Source of the DNA: an uncultured Clostridium sp.
GTDB lineage: Bacteria > Bacillota > Clostridia > TANB77 > CAG-508
Reading direction: 5' to 3'
Length of the DNA stretch: 64,000 nucleotides
Assembly (NCBI GenBank): GCA_946565805.1
Contig: CAMNWO010000010.1
Span: 13,383 to 77,382 of the forward strand
A program made the translations under genes and the position numbers. Every line of letters begins with the position of its first letter. The first letter of the stretch is position 1. The notes beneath the pieces were generated by a model. That model was not told where the DNA came from. It made no database searches and saw only the letters and a program-made list of their open reading frames with translations. This document shows positions 42,024 to 52,282 of this stretch, one piece after another.

Positions 42024-42882
42024 TTGCTATCTCCACTATTTTTTTTAATCTATAATTTACTCCTGATTTTCCAACTGGCTCTTTTAATTTTTTTCCCAAT
42101 TCCACTAATGGCATATTAGGATTTTCTAATCGTAGGACTGCTATTTCTTTTAAATTTTCATCTAGCTTTTGAAACTTGCCTGTTTCTTGTAGTTTTTTTA
42201 TAGCTGCTATTTGCTCTATCGATGCATTAATCGTTTTATTTAAGTTAGCAGTTTCACAGTTCACTAGTCGATTAACTTTTCCTCTCATTTCTTTTTGAAT
42301 TCGAATATCTTCAAATCGCATAACTGCTTTATTGGCTCCTATCAATGCCAAAAATCTAGATATCGCCTCTCCTTCTTTTAAATATATGGATGTTTGAAAT
42401 GTTTTTGCTAGCATTCCTAATTGTTGTAAGATTTGTATAATTGTTTTTAAATTACTTTCACTTCCTAAATCGACTTCTAGATGATATTCTTTTTCTGGGT
42501 TATTGATAGAGCCTGCTCCCATAAAAGCGCCTCTTACTATCGCTCTTAAATTTTCTTCTTTCTGCTTTCCTTCTAATTTTAAGTAGATTTGACCATCTTG
42601 TATCAAAAGCATAGAAATACATTCAATCTCTTTTATTTTTATGGTAATAAAAAATATCTTCCCAGAAACATCTATTTTGTGATTGATATCTAAATTTGCT
42701 AATAATTTTGAAAATCGATTAATGTTATAATCACTTTCTGTCGAAAATTTAATTTCTTTGTTTTCTATTACATTGGTATTTCCTGCTATTAAATATCCTA
42801 TCAATTCATTTTTAACTAGTTCTTTATTTGACAAATTGCTATTTTTATTCAATTCTTGCTTGATATCGGAAGAAAAAGACAT
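42013..42882 (-). CDS. whiA: DNA-binding sporulation/cell-division regulator WhiA
   Basis: LRAIVRGAFMGAGSINNPEKEYHLE (degenerate LAGLIDADG domain) plus C-terminal HTH; 289 aa. Confidence 0.8.
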   Translation of the reverse strand: MSFSSDIKQELNKNSNLSNKELVKNELIGYLIAGNTNVIENKEIKFSTESDYNINRFSKLLANLDINHKIDVSGKIFFITIKIKEIECISMLLIQDGQIYLKLEGKQKEENLRAIVRGAFMGAGSINNPEKEYHLEVDLGSESNLKTIIQILQQLGMLAKTFQTSIYLKEGEAISRFLALIGANKAVMRFEDIRIQKEMRGKVNRLVNCETANLNKTINASIEQIAAIKKLQETGKFQKLDENLKEIAVLRLENPNMPLVELGKKLKEPVGKSGVNYRLKKIVEIANGE

Positions 42883-42902
42883 GGTTGTTCTCCTTTCTTT
42901 TA

Positions 42903-43757
42903 CTAATCTTCTAATTTAGTTATCACAATCCTATCGTTTCCATATAAATCTTGCTTGCTATAGGTGTTTTTGTATTTTTCCTCTTGCTCGATTAACTCTA
43001 TTACATCTATTTTTTGGTCATAGCCAATTTCTAAACATAAATATCCCTTATATTTTAAAAACTCATAAGATTGATGTATAATTTTTCGGTAAAAGTCTAA
43101 GCCATCCCATCCACCATCTAAAGCCATAAGTGGTTCTTTTTTTACTTCTTCATCTAGACTTTTTATAACTTCTCTTTTGATATACGGTGGATTGGATACA
43201 ATAATATCATATTTTTCTTTTGGTATCTCTTGAAATAAATTAGAGGAAAGAAAAGCAATTTGATTTTCTACTTGATTTTTTTTTGCATTTCGCTCTGCTA
43301 CTTTTAAGGCCTTTTCACTAATATCAACTGCTGTGATTTGACTATTGTCTATATATTTTGCTAATGAGATAGCAATTGCTCCACTTCCTGTACATAAATC
43401 TAAAATCTTTTTGGCATTTATTTTTTTGGCAATTTTTATGACTTCTTCTACCAAAACTTCTGTGTCTGGTCTTGGAATTAATACATCTTTGTTGACATAG
43501 AAATTCATTTTCATAAATTCTTGTTGGTGTGTAATATGTTGTAAAGGTTCTCCGTTTCCTAATCTTTCTATGTTTTTAAAATAATCTTCTTCTTGTTTTT
43601 GTGTTAGCTGTTTTTCATCATATACTAAAATATATTGTCTATCTTTTCCTAATAGTGATTGCATTAATAGTCTTGCTTTTAATTTTGGACTGTCTATTTT
43701 CTGCATTTTTAATTGTATACTACCTTTATTGATTGCTTCTCTTACTTTCATATTCAC
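42903..43757 (-). CDS. prmC: Release factor glutamine N5-methyltransferase
   Basis: IVSNPPYI (NPPY) and SAM-binding LDLCTGSGAIAISLA motifs. Confidence 0.85.
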   Translation of the reverse strand: MNMKVREAINKGSIQLKMQKIDSPKLKARLLMQSLLGKDRQYILVYDEKQLTQKQEEDYFKNIERLGNGEPLQHITHQQEFMKMNFYVNKDVLIPRPDTEVLVEEVIKIAKKINAKKILDLCTGSGAIAISLAKYIDNSQITAVDISEKALKVAERNAKKNQVENQIAFLSSNLFQEIPKEKYDIIVSNPPYIKREVIKSLDEEVKKEPLMALDGGWDGLDFYRKIIHQSYEFLKYKGYLCLEIGYDQKIDVIELIEQEEKYKNTYSKQDLYGNDRIVITKLED

Positions 43758-43849
43758 ACCTTCTTTCTAGTTATACTATATCATTTCCTTGGTTCTATGT
43801 AAAGAATAACCCGAGATATTTTTATATCTCGGGTTATTTTGACAGACAA

Positions 43850-44369
43850 TTACTTACTCTTTATTCTTTCATCTAACAGATATGCTGATACTATGAAAAA
43901 TGCGAAGTTTGTAGCACATGCAATTACAAACTTTTTATAGTTTTCTCCTAAGGAATATTTTTCCATTTGCATGATTATGCCTGCTATAACTGTTCCTATA
44001 AAAGATACAGTTAGCATTATTCTTAGTATCAGCCGGTTTAATGTTGGATAATACAATAAACTAGCTATTATCCATGTTACCATAGACATTATTATTACAT
44101 TGTCCCTGCAAAGCCGTCATAGCCAATGTAAAACCACTAAAGTGTGCTGCCAACAATACAACGTACCACATAAATTTGTTGGTGTCTGGTGTTTCTATGC
44201 CAATCAGCCACATGGTAGTTATAATGCCCAAAAGAGCTATTATAATTGCGGTTACTGTTGGTTCCATTTTTCTCAGCCGGCTAATCATCAATATTATCGC
44301 CCATGCTATTGCTAGTATAGCCGATGCACCGCCTAAAACTTGCACTAAATTAATCTGAATTGTTGTCAT
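43850..44369 (-). pseudogene. Hypothetical polytopic membrane protein split into ORFs 44061..44369 and 43850..44089
   Basis: Both halves are hydrophobic and in adjacent frames; deleting the C in coding atga[C]GGcttt (+ coord ~44115) joins them as ...FTLAMRLCRDNVIIMSMVTWIIASLLYY... Confidence 0.45.
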
Positions 44370-44455
44370 GTTTATTCCTCCTTAAATAAATTATTATTTT
44401 TAGGATCTATACAAGCATCCTTGCTTCTTTTTTATTTTATCACATTTACATAATT

Positions 44456-44866
44456 TTAGCAACTTTCTCTTTTTTTGGATTGATACATCTCTGGTAGTAA
44501 ATCTTTTAATTTTACAATTCTATCTTCTGCTACCATTACATCTGCTTCTAAATTGTTTTCGTTTACCATTCTAATATTTTCTCTACAAGTACCACATGGA
44601 GGATATATCGTTCCTTTGTAGGAATACGCTACTATTTTGCTAACTTCAGTTTCATTGTTTTTTAGCATTTCCACTATAGCTGCATATTCTGCACATTTTC
44701 CTAAATTGCATTTTAACTCTGTAGAAATTCCTGTATAAATATTCCCACTTTTTGTCATTAAAGCACATCCTACATGTCCACATTTCGCATATTTTGTTAG
44801 GTCTCTTTTGACTGCTATTTCTTTCGCTTTTTCTAATAATATTTCAAAATCTTTATCCATTTTCAT
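44456..44866 (-). CDS. cdd: Cytidine deaminase
   Basis: Zn ligands CAEYAAI and PCGTCRE; 136 aa. Confidence 0.85.
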   Translation of the reverse strand: MKMDKDFEILLEKAKEIAVKRDLTKYAKCGHVGCALMTKSGNIYTGISTELKCNLGKCAEYAAIVEMLKNNETEVSKIVAYSYKGTIYPPCGTCRENIRMVNENNLEADVMVAEDRIVKLKDLLPEMYQSKKRESC

Positions 44867-44977
44867 TTCTCCTTTTTTATTTCGGTTCTATCATTATACC
44901 ATATATTTTTCTAGTTTACAATAAAAACAACTCTAATTTTTTAAAATTAGAGTTGTTTTTATATATCTTTATTCAAT

Positions 44978-45022
44978 AGATGTGTCCCCAATTGCTCCAA
45001 AAGGAGCAAAAAGAAACGTCCC
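44978..45022. repeat. 45-bp element (agatgtgtccccaattgctccaaaaggagcaaaaagaaacgtccc) containing a small hairpin; exact inverted copy at 50273..50317
   Basis: The two copies are perfect reverse complements over 45 bp. Confidence 0.85.
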
Positions 45023-46821
45023 TAAAAAAACCTTTTGAAGTCTTCTTCATTGATTTTTTCTTTTTGTAATAAAGCTTCTGCTATGATGTCTAATTTGTCC
45101 CTATGCTGTTTTAATAGGATTTGTGCATCATTATAGGCTGTATCAATTAGAATTTTTACTTCTTGTCCGATTTTGTCTCCTATGTTTTCGCCAAACATTT
45201 GCATTTCATATGGTTCTTTTCCTTGAAAATCAATTGGTCCTAATGTTTCACTCATTCCGTATTTGGTTACCATATCTCTTGCTATTTTGGTCGCTACTTC
45301 AATGTCATTACTTGCTCCTGTTGAGATATCATCTAATACTAGTTTTTCAGCAGCTCTTCCTCCTAATAACATGATTAGTTTTTCTTGCATTTCTGTCTTA
45401 GAGATATAATATTTATCTTCGTCTGATTTATGCATGGTGTACCCACCTGCTATTCCTCTTGGAATGATAGATATTTCTTTTACTTCTGGTTGGGTTGTCA
45501 AATAGCGACTAACTACTGCATGTCCTGCTTCATGATAAGCGGTTAGCTTTTTGTCTTTTTCAGAATAGACTCTGGTACGTTTTTCAATTCCTACTGTTAC
45601 TTTTTTTACCGCTTCTTCTATATCATTATTTTCAATATCTTCGTGTTTGTTCTTGGTTGCTATAATAGCTGCCTCATTTAGAATATTAGCAAGTTCTGCT
45701 CCTGTAAATCCTGCTGTATCTTCTGCTATACTTTCTAAATTCACATCATCTGCTAGTCGTTTTTCCTTGGCATGTATTTTTAAAATTTCTAATCTTCCTT
45801 TTAAGTCTGGGGTTGGAATGGTGATTTGTCTATCAAATCTTCCTGGTCTTAATAGTGCTTTATCTAGCATTTCTGGCCTATTGGTTGCTGCTAATACGAT
45901 AATGGTTTCTTCGGAACTAAATCCGTCCATTTCTACTAACAGTTGATTTAACGTTTGGTTATTTTCTGTTTCTGCTCCACTATTAGAAGTTCTTCTAGAT
46001 CCAATGGCATCTATCTCATCAATAAATACAATACATGGTGCTAGTTTTCTTGCTTTTTCAAACAGTTTTCTAACACGAGAAGCTCCTAATCCTGCAAACA
46101 TTTCAATAAATTCAGAACCACTCATAGAGATAAATGGTACATCTGCTTCTCCTGCAATGGCTTTGGCAATTAAGGTTTTACCTGTTCCTGGTTTTCCATA
46201 TAATAATACACCTTTTGGAATTTTAGCACCCATTTTAGTGAATTTTTCTGGTCTTTTTAAGAAATCCACAATTTCTACTAATTCTTCTTTTTCTTCGTCT
46301 AATCCTGCTACATCATCAAATTTAATTTTCGTCTTTCTTTCTGTATCGTCATATACTTTGCCTTTTTCTCCTAATCCTTGCATTTTAAATATCATAATAA
46401 ATAAAGCAAGCATAATTAAGGTTGGCAAAAAGGATATAATAAAAGCAGGTATTTGTGTTAATACACTTTTTGGTTTTTGAATTAATTCAATTTCATTTCC
46501 TTCTGCTACTTTTTCTTGTACTAGTCCAATAAAACTTTCTGTATTAGGAACAACTGCTGTTTTCTCCTCTTCTACATTTTTTTGTTTTACTTTTACAGTA
46601 GTACTTCCTACTGTCATTTCAACTTTTTCAATATTTCCATAGGATACCTCTTTTATTAAGTCTGTATAAGCTAATGTGTTTTCATCTTTTTTATCTTTAT
46701 TGTTCATTACATATACAGTTAGTCCTGTTAACAAAACTACTAAGATGATTAGACTAATTAGCAAAATCCATAGGTTTCTTTCTTTTTTCTTGTCATTTTT
46801 CTTTTTACTCAATTGTTTCAC
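45022..46821 (-). CDS. ftsH: ATP-dependent zinc metalloprotease FtsH
   Basis: Two TM helices, AAA Walker A GKPGTGKT, SRH, HEAGHAV zinc site. Confidence 0.95.
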   Translation of the reverse strand: MKQLSKKKNDKKKERNLWILLISLIILVVLLTGLTVYVMNNKDKKDENTLAYTDLIKEVSYGNIEKVEMTVGSTTVKVKQKNVEEEKTAVVPNTESFIGLVQEKVAEGNEIELIQKPKSVLTQIPAFIISFLPTLIMLALFIMIFKMQGLGEKGKVYDDTERKTKIKFDDVAGLDEEKEELVEIVDFLKRPEKFTKMGAKIPKGVLLYGKPGTGKTLIAKAIAGEADVPFISMSGSEFIEMFAGLGASRVRKLFEKARKLAPCIVFIDEIDAIGSRRTSNSGAETENNQTLNQLLVEMDGFSSEETIIVLAATNRPEMLDKALLRPGRFDRQITIPTPDLKGRLEILKIHAKEKRLADDVNLESIAEDTAGFTGAELANILNEAAIIATKNKHEDIENNDIEEAVKKVTVGIEKRTRVYSEKDKKLTAYHEAGHAVVSRYLTTQPEVKEISIIPRGIAGGYTMHKSDEDKYYISKTEMQEKLIMLLGGRAAEKLVLDDISTGASNDIEVATKIARDMVTKYGMSETLGPIDFQGKEPYEMQMFGENIGDKIGQEVKILIDTAYNDAQILLKQHRDKLDIIAEALLQKEKINEEDFKRFF

Positions 46822-46897
46822 ACTTCTTTCTTACTCTTTTTATTCTTTATTTCATTTCCATTTAATTTAGAAAAGAATGTTATATGGCTAGACACAT

Positions 46898-47959
46898 TTA
46901 AGCATTTGAACCTTGTGGTTCTCCTCCTTCTTCTCCTGTTGTTTCTTCACCATCTGTTTTTTCTTTCTTTTGTTCTTCTTTATCTTTTTTCTGTCTTTCC
47001 TTCTTTTCTTTCTCTCTTTTTTCTTGTTCTTCTTTTTCTTGCATTTCTTTTCTTACAATTTCTTGGGCTTCTGCTAATTTCATTAATTCTATTTGTTTTT
47101 TTACAAACTCTGTTTTTAATAAGAATATGGCTGCTACTAGGTAAATTGCAGCAACTGCTACATACATCACTTGGAAATATTCCATTTTAAAGTCTATAAA
47201 AATATTAACTGCAATGTATAACATATTTAAGAAAATGGATAATGTTAACGCATAAACTGACATATTAAATACTGCTAAAAATCTCATCTTGATACGAGCC
47301 ATCCATGTTGTCAAATAACCAAATACACTCAAAAATACTACATTTGAAAGTGTGGTTATTAAATACATAATAAAACTATAAATAAATATAGTTAGGAAAA
47401 CACTAATATATAGTGTTATAACTTGTGAACTATGAACATAGTCAATTACAGTTTGTTTATTAAATTCGTGAATACTCATTTGACCTAAAAGTTCATTGTA
47501 ATTATAATTAATAGTTCCTGCTACTGCTCTATTCTTTAAGATTACTTTGTCTTTTAGTACAATGATTCCACTTCCTGCTTGATTGACTTCATTAATATAT
47601 TGATTAATCGTTTCTTCGTCTTCTACTTTTGTATCCACAATGGTTCTTCCTACATAAGAATCATCTTCTGAAATAGTAAATCTTTTTTCAGTAGAAACAT
47701 CTAATATGCCCTCTTTATAAGAAAACTCTGGGAATTCATTTTGTAAATATGTTACTCCTTCTTGCAATATTTGATACATTTGGTACATCATTCCTAGGCA
47801 TAATACAATTGCTAAAATAGCTACCACTTTACAAATATAGGTAAAAGCTCTTCCTAATCCTTCTGTTGCCATATCTGGATATTTTTCAATTTTAGTAATG
47901 GAATTCCATACTTTTTGAAAAAAGCCAGTTTTCAATTTTTGTTCTTTTTCTTCCCTCAT
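46898..47959 (-). CDS. Membrane protein (DUF1189-like topology) with highly charged K/E-rich C-terminal tail
   Basis: 353 aa, N-terminal cytoplasmic segment then several TM helices, tail EKEEQEKREKEKKERQKKDKEEQKKEK. Confidence 0.45.
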   Translation of the reverse strand: MREEKEQKLKTGFFQKVWNSITKIEKYPDMATEGLGRAFTYICKVVAILAIVLCLGMMYQMYQILQEGVTYLQNEFPEFSYKEGILDVSTEKRFTISEDDSYVGRTIVDTKVEDEETINQYINEVNQAGSGIIVLKDKVILKNRAVAGTINYNYNELLGQMSIHEFNKQTVIDYVHSSQVITLYISVFLTIFIYSFIMYLITTLSNVVFLSVFGYLTTWMARIKMRFLAVFNMSVYALTLSIFLNMLYIAVNIFIDFKMEYFQVMYVAVAAIYLVAAIFLLKTEFVKKQIELMKLAEAQEIVRKEMQEKEEQEKREKEKKERQKKDKEEQKKEKTDGEETTGEEGGEPQGSNA

Positions 47960-47960
47960 T

Positions 47961-49079
47961 TTATCGATACTCCCTTCTTATTTCTGTGTCTACAAACTTC
48001 GTATTAACTGAAAAAACAACCTTGTCTCCAATTTTGACATCTTTTTGTCCTATCTCACATACAACATGATAAGTTCCGACTCTTCCTAATATTTTGCAAT
48101 TTTCTCCATTAATTTTTGTATAGATTGCTTGCTTTTTGAAAAGATTTCTAATGCTTTCTACTAAATATCTTATTTTATCCACCGTTCGGAACATATCTCT
48201 ATCATTTTTGACATGAACTCCATTCATATACCCACATGGAATAACAGCTACTTTCATTTCTTTTGGTGTGGTATAAATATTAGAATACCCAATATTAAAT
48301 CCTTTTGGTAATGTTCTTATTTCAACGATTTTTGATTCTAAATGTGCAATTTTCTTAAGTCCAATTGTATTTTTACAAGATATTCTTCCTAAAAAAGCGG
48401 AACCAATTCTAACAGCATTCAAATGCATATCAGGGAATTTCAAAAAGGCAGAAGAATTACAAATATGAAGCATACCTGTTTCAATTTCATTCATTTTTAA
48501 TACTTCAATGCAATTCATAAACCTCTCAAATTGCTTTTTCGTATAATTATCATCATAAAAGCTAACCGAAAAATGTGAAAAAGTTCCTTCTATTTTAACA
48601 TTTTTCATCTCTTTTAAAGTTTTTATCATTTCATCACGATTGCTATATACAAATCCATATCTTCCGAATCCTGTATCAATTTTAAGATGAGCTCTTAACG
48701 TTTTATTTTGTTCTTCTCCAACCTGGCTAGCTATGTCTACATCTGCTTTTGAGCCAATTGTTATAATAATGTTATTTTTTACTAAGGTTTCCACATCTTC
48801 TTTTATTGCTGTGGAAGACAACATCAAAATATCCTCTTTTATTCCTGCTTTCCTTAATTTTAAAGCTTCTTCTATCGTCGCTACTGCAAAAAAAGAAATT
48901 CCTTGGTCGATTAAGAACTTTGTATATTCCACAATTCCCAGCCCATATCCATTAGCTTTTACAACAGCAATTATCTTAACGTAATTTCCCTTATCATCTT
49001 CCCCTGTTTTATTCGCGAATTTCTTTATCTGTTCTATATTATGTCTTAAATCTTCTTTTTCTATTACTAAAGTATTCAA
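47961..49079 (-). CDS. alr: Alanine racemase (TTG start; ORF-track extension to 49130 reads into a repeat)
   Basis: PLP motif [11 protein letters not shown]; RBS aggagg 7 nt before TTG. Confidence 0.85.
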   Translation of the reverse strand: MNTLVIEKEDLRHNIEQIKKFANKTGEDDKGNYVKIIAVVKANGYGLGIVEYTKFLIDQGISFFAVATIEEALKLRKAGIKEDILMLSSTAIKEDVETLVKNNIIITIGSKADVDIASQVGEEQNKTLRAHLKIDTGFGRYGFVYSNRDEMIKTLKEMKNVKIEGTFSHFSVSFYDDNYTKKQFERFMNCIEVLKMNEIETGMLHICNSSAFLKFPDMHLNAVRIGSAFLGRISCKNTIGLKKIAHLESKIVEIRTLPKGFNIGYSNIYTTPKEMKVAVIPCGYMNGVHVKNDRDMFRTVDKIRYLVESIRNLFKKQAIYTKINGENCKILGRVGTYHVVCEIGQKDVKIGDKVVFSVNTKFVDTEIRREYR

Positions 49080-49090
49080 CGCTTCCTCCT

Positions 49091-49204
49091 GCGATGTTTT
49101 TTGGGACGGGGTCAAAAAACATCGTTTCATTCTATGTTTTTAAATTTTATATTTTCATTTTTATCCTAAGCGATGTTTTTTGACCCCGTCCCAAAAAACA
49201 TCGC
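49091..49204. repeat. Perfect 34-bp inverted repeat (gcgatgttttttgggacggggtcaaaaaacatcg) with 46-nt spacer; each arm is itself hairpin-like. Right arm supplies the last 13 codons and stop of femAB
   Basis: Arms exact reverse complements; the FemAB C-terminus [13 protein letters not shown] is encoded by the arm. Confidence 0.85.
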
Positions 49205-50269
49205 TTTTCTTTTCAATTGTCTTATCGTTCTAAATGCTTTTTCTGAAAAACGATATAAGCTATAAGTTAGTGGTTTAAATGGCATGTATACTTCTCCTAT
49301 AAATTCTGTAAAAGTTGCACCAAATCCTTGTTTAAAACGATATAATCCATACTGTGGATGGCTTTCGTCTACTACTCCAGATACACCTCTAAAGTCATAT
49401 ATATCATCTTTTCTTTGGATTGCCATTTTTATCATTTCCCATTGTAGTAAATAGTTTGGCATTAGGTTACGATGGCTGTTACTGCTTGCTCCATATAAGT
49501 ACCAGGTTTTATTACCATAGAAAATTGGTATTACTCCTGAAATTGGCTTTCCTTCGTAATATGCCATTAAGACTTTCATGTGATCTGCACCTAAACAGTC
49601 ATACATTTTTTCGAAATATTCTAATGGTCTTATGATAAATCCATCTCTTGCTCCTGTTTCTATCATAATTTTATGGAAGTCCTTTAAATCTTCTTTGGTT
49701 CCTTCTTTTATCGTAACGCCTTTTTTGGTTGCTAAACGAATATTATATCTCCATTTTTGTTTAAATCCTGCCATAATCTCTTCTTCTGTTTTGTCTTTGA
49801 TATCTAGACGAAATACATATCTTGGTTGAATTTCATCTTTAAAATCTTTAGCGTCATCTTTGATATGATATCCCAAATTCGTTACAATATCTCTAAAATC
49901 TTGGTCATCACTTACAATATCTGGTTCCATTCTTAGTACAATTGCTTTATATTTTTTAGCTAATTCTTTAGCACCATCTGTTAATTGTTTCATAGCATTA
50001 ATATCATGAATATCACATACTGGTCCTCTAGAAGAATACATGATGTTCCCAAAGATTGGCATTTTGCGTATCCATACACAAAGCGAACCAATAATTTCTC
50101 CGTCATCACCTTCTGCCAATATTACTTCTGGTTTCCAGTTTGGCTTTTTTACTTCTGCCCATTCTAAGGATTGTTGAAAATTACATCTTTCATGTCCTTC
50201 TAAAAATTCTTTATATTCTTTTTTATCTTTTTTGCTCTCTACAAATCTCATTTTTTTCTCCTTGTCCAA
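49166..50269 (-). CDS. FemAB-family peptidoglycan interpeptide aminoacyltransferase
   Basis: 367 aa; FemAB/MurM family features (…SLEWAEVK…, two GNAT-like lobes with a central coiled-coil region). Confidence 0.75.
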   Translation of the reverse strand: MDKEKKMRFVESKKDKKEYKEFLEGHERCNFQQSLEWAEVKKPNWKPEVILAEGDDGEIIGSLCVWIRKMPIFGNIMYSSRGPVCDIHDINAMKQLTDGAKELAKKYKAIVLRMEPDIVSDDQDFRDIVTNLGYHIKDDAKDFKDEIQPRYVFRLDIKDKTEEEIMAGFKQKWRYNIRLATKKGVTIKEGTKEDLKDFHKIMIETGARDGFIIRPLEYFEKMYDCLGADHMKVLMAYYEGKPISGVIPIFYGNKTWYLYGASSNSHRNLMPNYLLQWEMIKMAIQRKDDIYDFRGVSGVVDESHPQYGLYRFKQGFGATFTEFIGEVYMPFKPLTYSLYRFSEKAFRTIRQLKRKAMFFGTGSKNIA

Positions 50270-50272
50270 TTG

Positions 50273-50317
50273 GGGACGTTTCTTTTTGCTCCTTTTGGAG
50301 CAATTGGGGACACATCT
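50273..50317. repeat. Inverted copy of the 44978..45022 element, here with both flanking CAATTGGGGAC direct repeats intact
   Basis: gggacgtttctttttgctccttttggagcaattggggacacatct. Confidence 0.85.
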
Positions 50318-50410
50318 CCAATTTGTGTCTTTATCATTATTTACAATCTATTGGTATTTTACACTAAATCACAAAAATTTACAAGTAAATTAAAGTCATT
50401 CCCTAATATT

Positions 50411-51220
50411 TTACAATTCTATCCATTGGGGTTTTCTTTCTTTATATATGACATAGTTTTTATAGCCAATTTCTTTTAATAATTTCGTAGCCCTATCAAA
50501 ATCAGAACACATATCCTCAATTTTGTGTGCATCTGAACCTATTGTTATAATATTTCCCCCTAATTCTTTGTATCTTCTTAGTATCTCTTTGTTTGGATGT
50601 GGTGCATTTAGACCATATCGATAGCCTGATGTATTGATTTCAATTCCTTTTTCTTTTTTTATGATTGTTGTTAATATTTCATCTAAAATTTCTTGGTAAT
50701 CGCTATATTTTATTACTTTTTCTGGATATCCTCCATATCGAATAATATAATCTATGTGACCATATACATCAAATTCATCGTATTGTCTTATATTTTCTAA
50801 CACTTCTCCAAAATATTTTAAATACGCTTCTTTTTGCGTTAATCCTTCAAAAAAACTTTGATCCATTGCAATATCTTTTTTACAGGTGATATGGGAAGAA
50901 CCTATGATAAAATCAAATGAATATTGTTTTACCATGTTACAAATGGTTTCTTTTATATCTGGTTGTAATCCTATTTCTATTCCTAATTTTAAACTAATTT
51001 GGTCTTTATACTTTTGTTGGTACTGTTTGAAATTTTTCACATAGTTTTCTACGTCTATTGTCTGTAAAGTGCTGTTTTCTAGTCCATCATAGATATCATA
51101 ATGTTCCGTAAAACAGATTTCTTTTAGCCCTTTATTTATTGCATTTTTTATCTGTTCTTCCATGGTAGATATTCCATCATGGGAAAAGGTTGTATGCAAA
51201 TGATAGTCTGTTTTTATCAT
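50411..51220 (-). CDS. PHP-domain histidinol-phosphatase family (HisJ/HisK-like) protein
   Basis: MIKTDYHLHTTFSHDG... PHP metal-binding N-terminus; 269 aa. Confidence 0.75.
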   Translation of the reverse strand: MIKTDYHLHTTFSHDGISTMEEQIKNAINKGLKEICFTEHYDIYDGLENSTLQTIDVENYVKNFKQYQQKYKDQISLKLGIEIGLQPDIKETICNMVKQYSFDFIIGSSHITCKKDIAMDQSFFEGLTQKEAYLKYFGEVLENIRQYDEFDVYGHIDYIIRYGGYPEKVIKYSDYQEILDEILTTIIKKEKGIEINTSGYRYGLNAPHPNKEILRRYKELGGNIITIGSDAHKIEDMCSDFDRATKLLKEIGYKNYVIYKERKPQWIEL

Positions 51221-51344
51221 AAAATTACTCTCCTTTCATTTTTCTTCCCCATTTTATCTTACCTATGTAAAAAAGTAAAGCAATTTTTCTTATACAACAA
51301 AAAAGTGCACTTAAACATGCACTTTCTTGTTTTGTTATGTTTCT

Positions 51345-52181
51345 TTATCTTGGATAGGTTGACTGAAAATCCACCCATGCTGGTGCATTTCCTTCTGATG
51401 CAGGATACTTTTCTACTGTTTCTTCTTTAAAATTGAATACAATAATTCCATAATCTTGTCCATTGGAAGTATATAACTTCTCTCGATAAGCATATACTTG
51501 ATAAGGATTCCAATTATCATCTATGTCCAATTTGGTATCTTCTAATATGACAGTAGGATATTTTTTTCTGATAAGTTTTGCTATCCTCTTTTTCTTATCA
51601 TATATGATCCAATCTAACTCTTTCAGCCTTCTTTCCAGCCTTATTTTTTTCTCAGCATACTTATACTTATTTTCTTTGATTGTGTAAGTATAGACTATCT
51701 GGTCTGGAAAATACGCTTCATCAAATATTCCTTCGTCTATAAGAACATTTTCCTCTTTTACCTTTCTTATTTCCTGCAGTTCAAGAAAACGGTAGGGATT
51801 ATCATGAATATAGACTAGAGTCTGATCTAGGTTTTTTAAGTTTGATGGTATTAATAATAGCCTTATTACTATCAAAATAATAATAACTATCATCTCCATC
51901 TTCTTATCCCATATTGTTGCTATCACAAAATTCCCCATAAATCCTATATGCATCATTAGTATAACAAACCAAATGGACTGAATCCCATATCTAATCCACA
52001 TATCGTCAATCTCCAAATAAAATGCAGATATCAATATAGGAATTATTTGTATCAAAAATACTAGTATTGCATACCCTACACTTTTCGAATCAGCCTGCCG
52101 TCTTATAGCAATTGGAACTCCCACAATAATCAATGTACATATTAAAGATATGAAACAGCTTAATGCTAAAAATTCTAACAT
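51345..52181 (-). CDS. Hypothetical membrane protein (4 TM) with a soluble C-terminal domain; probably co-transcribed with the SANT-repeat nuclease
   Basis: ORF and hydrophobicity only. Confidence 0.4.
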   Translation of the reverse strand: MLEFLALSCFISLICTLIIVGVPIAIRRQADSKSVGYAILVFLIQIIPILISAFYLEIDDMWIRYGIQSIWFVILMMHIGFMGNFVIATIWDKKMEMIVIIILIVIRLLLIPSNLKNLDQTLVYIHDNPYRFLELQEIRKVKEENVLIDEGIFDEAYFPDQIVYTYTIKENKYKYAEKKIRLERRLKELDWIIYDKKKRIAKLIRKKYPTVILEDTKLDIDDNWNPYQVYAYREKLYTSNGQDYGIIVFNFKEETVEKYPASEGNAPAWVDFQSTYPR

Positions 52182-52282
52182 AACAATCTTCCTTTCCTGA
52201 AAAAAATTATTTTTTACTAGTTGCCTCTATATTAAACCTGAAAACAGGGTAGTATATATTATGTCTACATTATAACATATTT

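Noticed and set aside
44100-44120. TGA-as-sense recoding (genetic code 4 or 25) to explain a TGA-CGG junction
   Set aside because: All long housekeeping genes (groEL, infB, ftsH, argS) are intact under the standard code. Conventional stops are used, and wall-less Mollicutes are excluded by the PBP, FemAB and alr genes.
44978-50317. Invertible DNA segment controlled by a site-specific recombinase
   Set aside because: No recombinase or invertase gene in or next to the segment. The repeats each contain a terminator-like hairpin and fit a dispersed intergenic repeat better. Kept only as a low-probability alternative in the findings.
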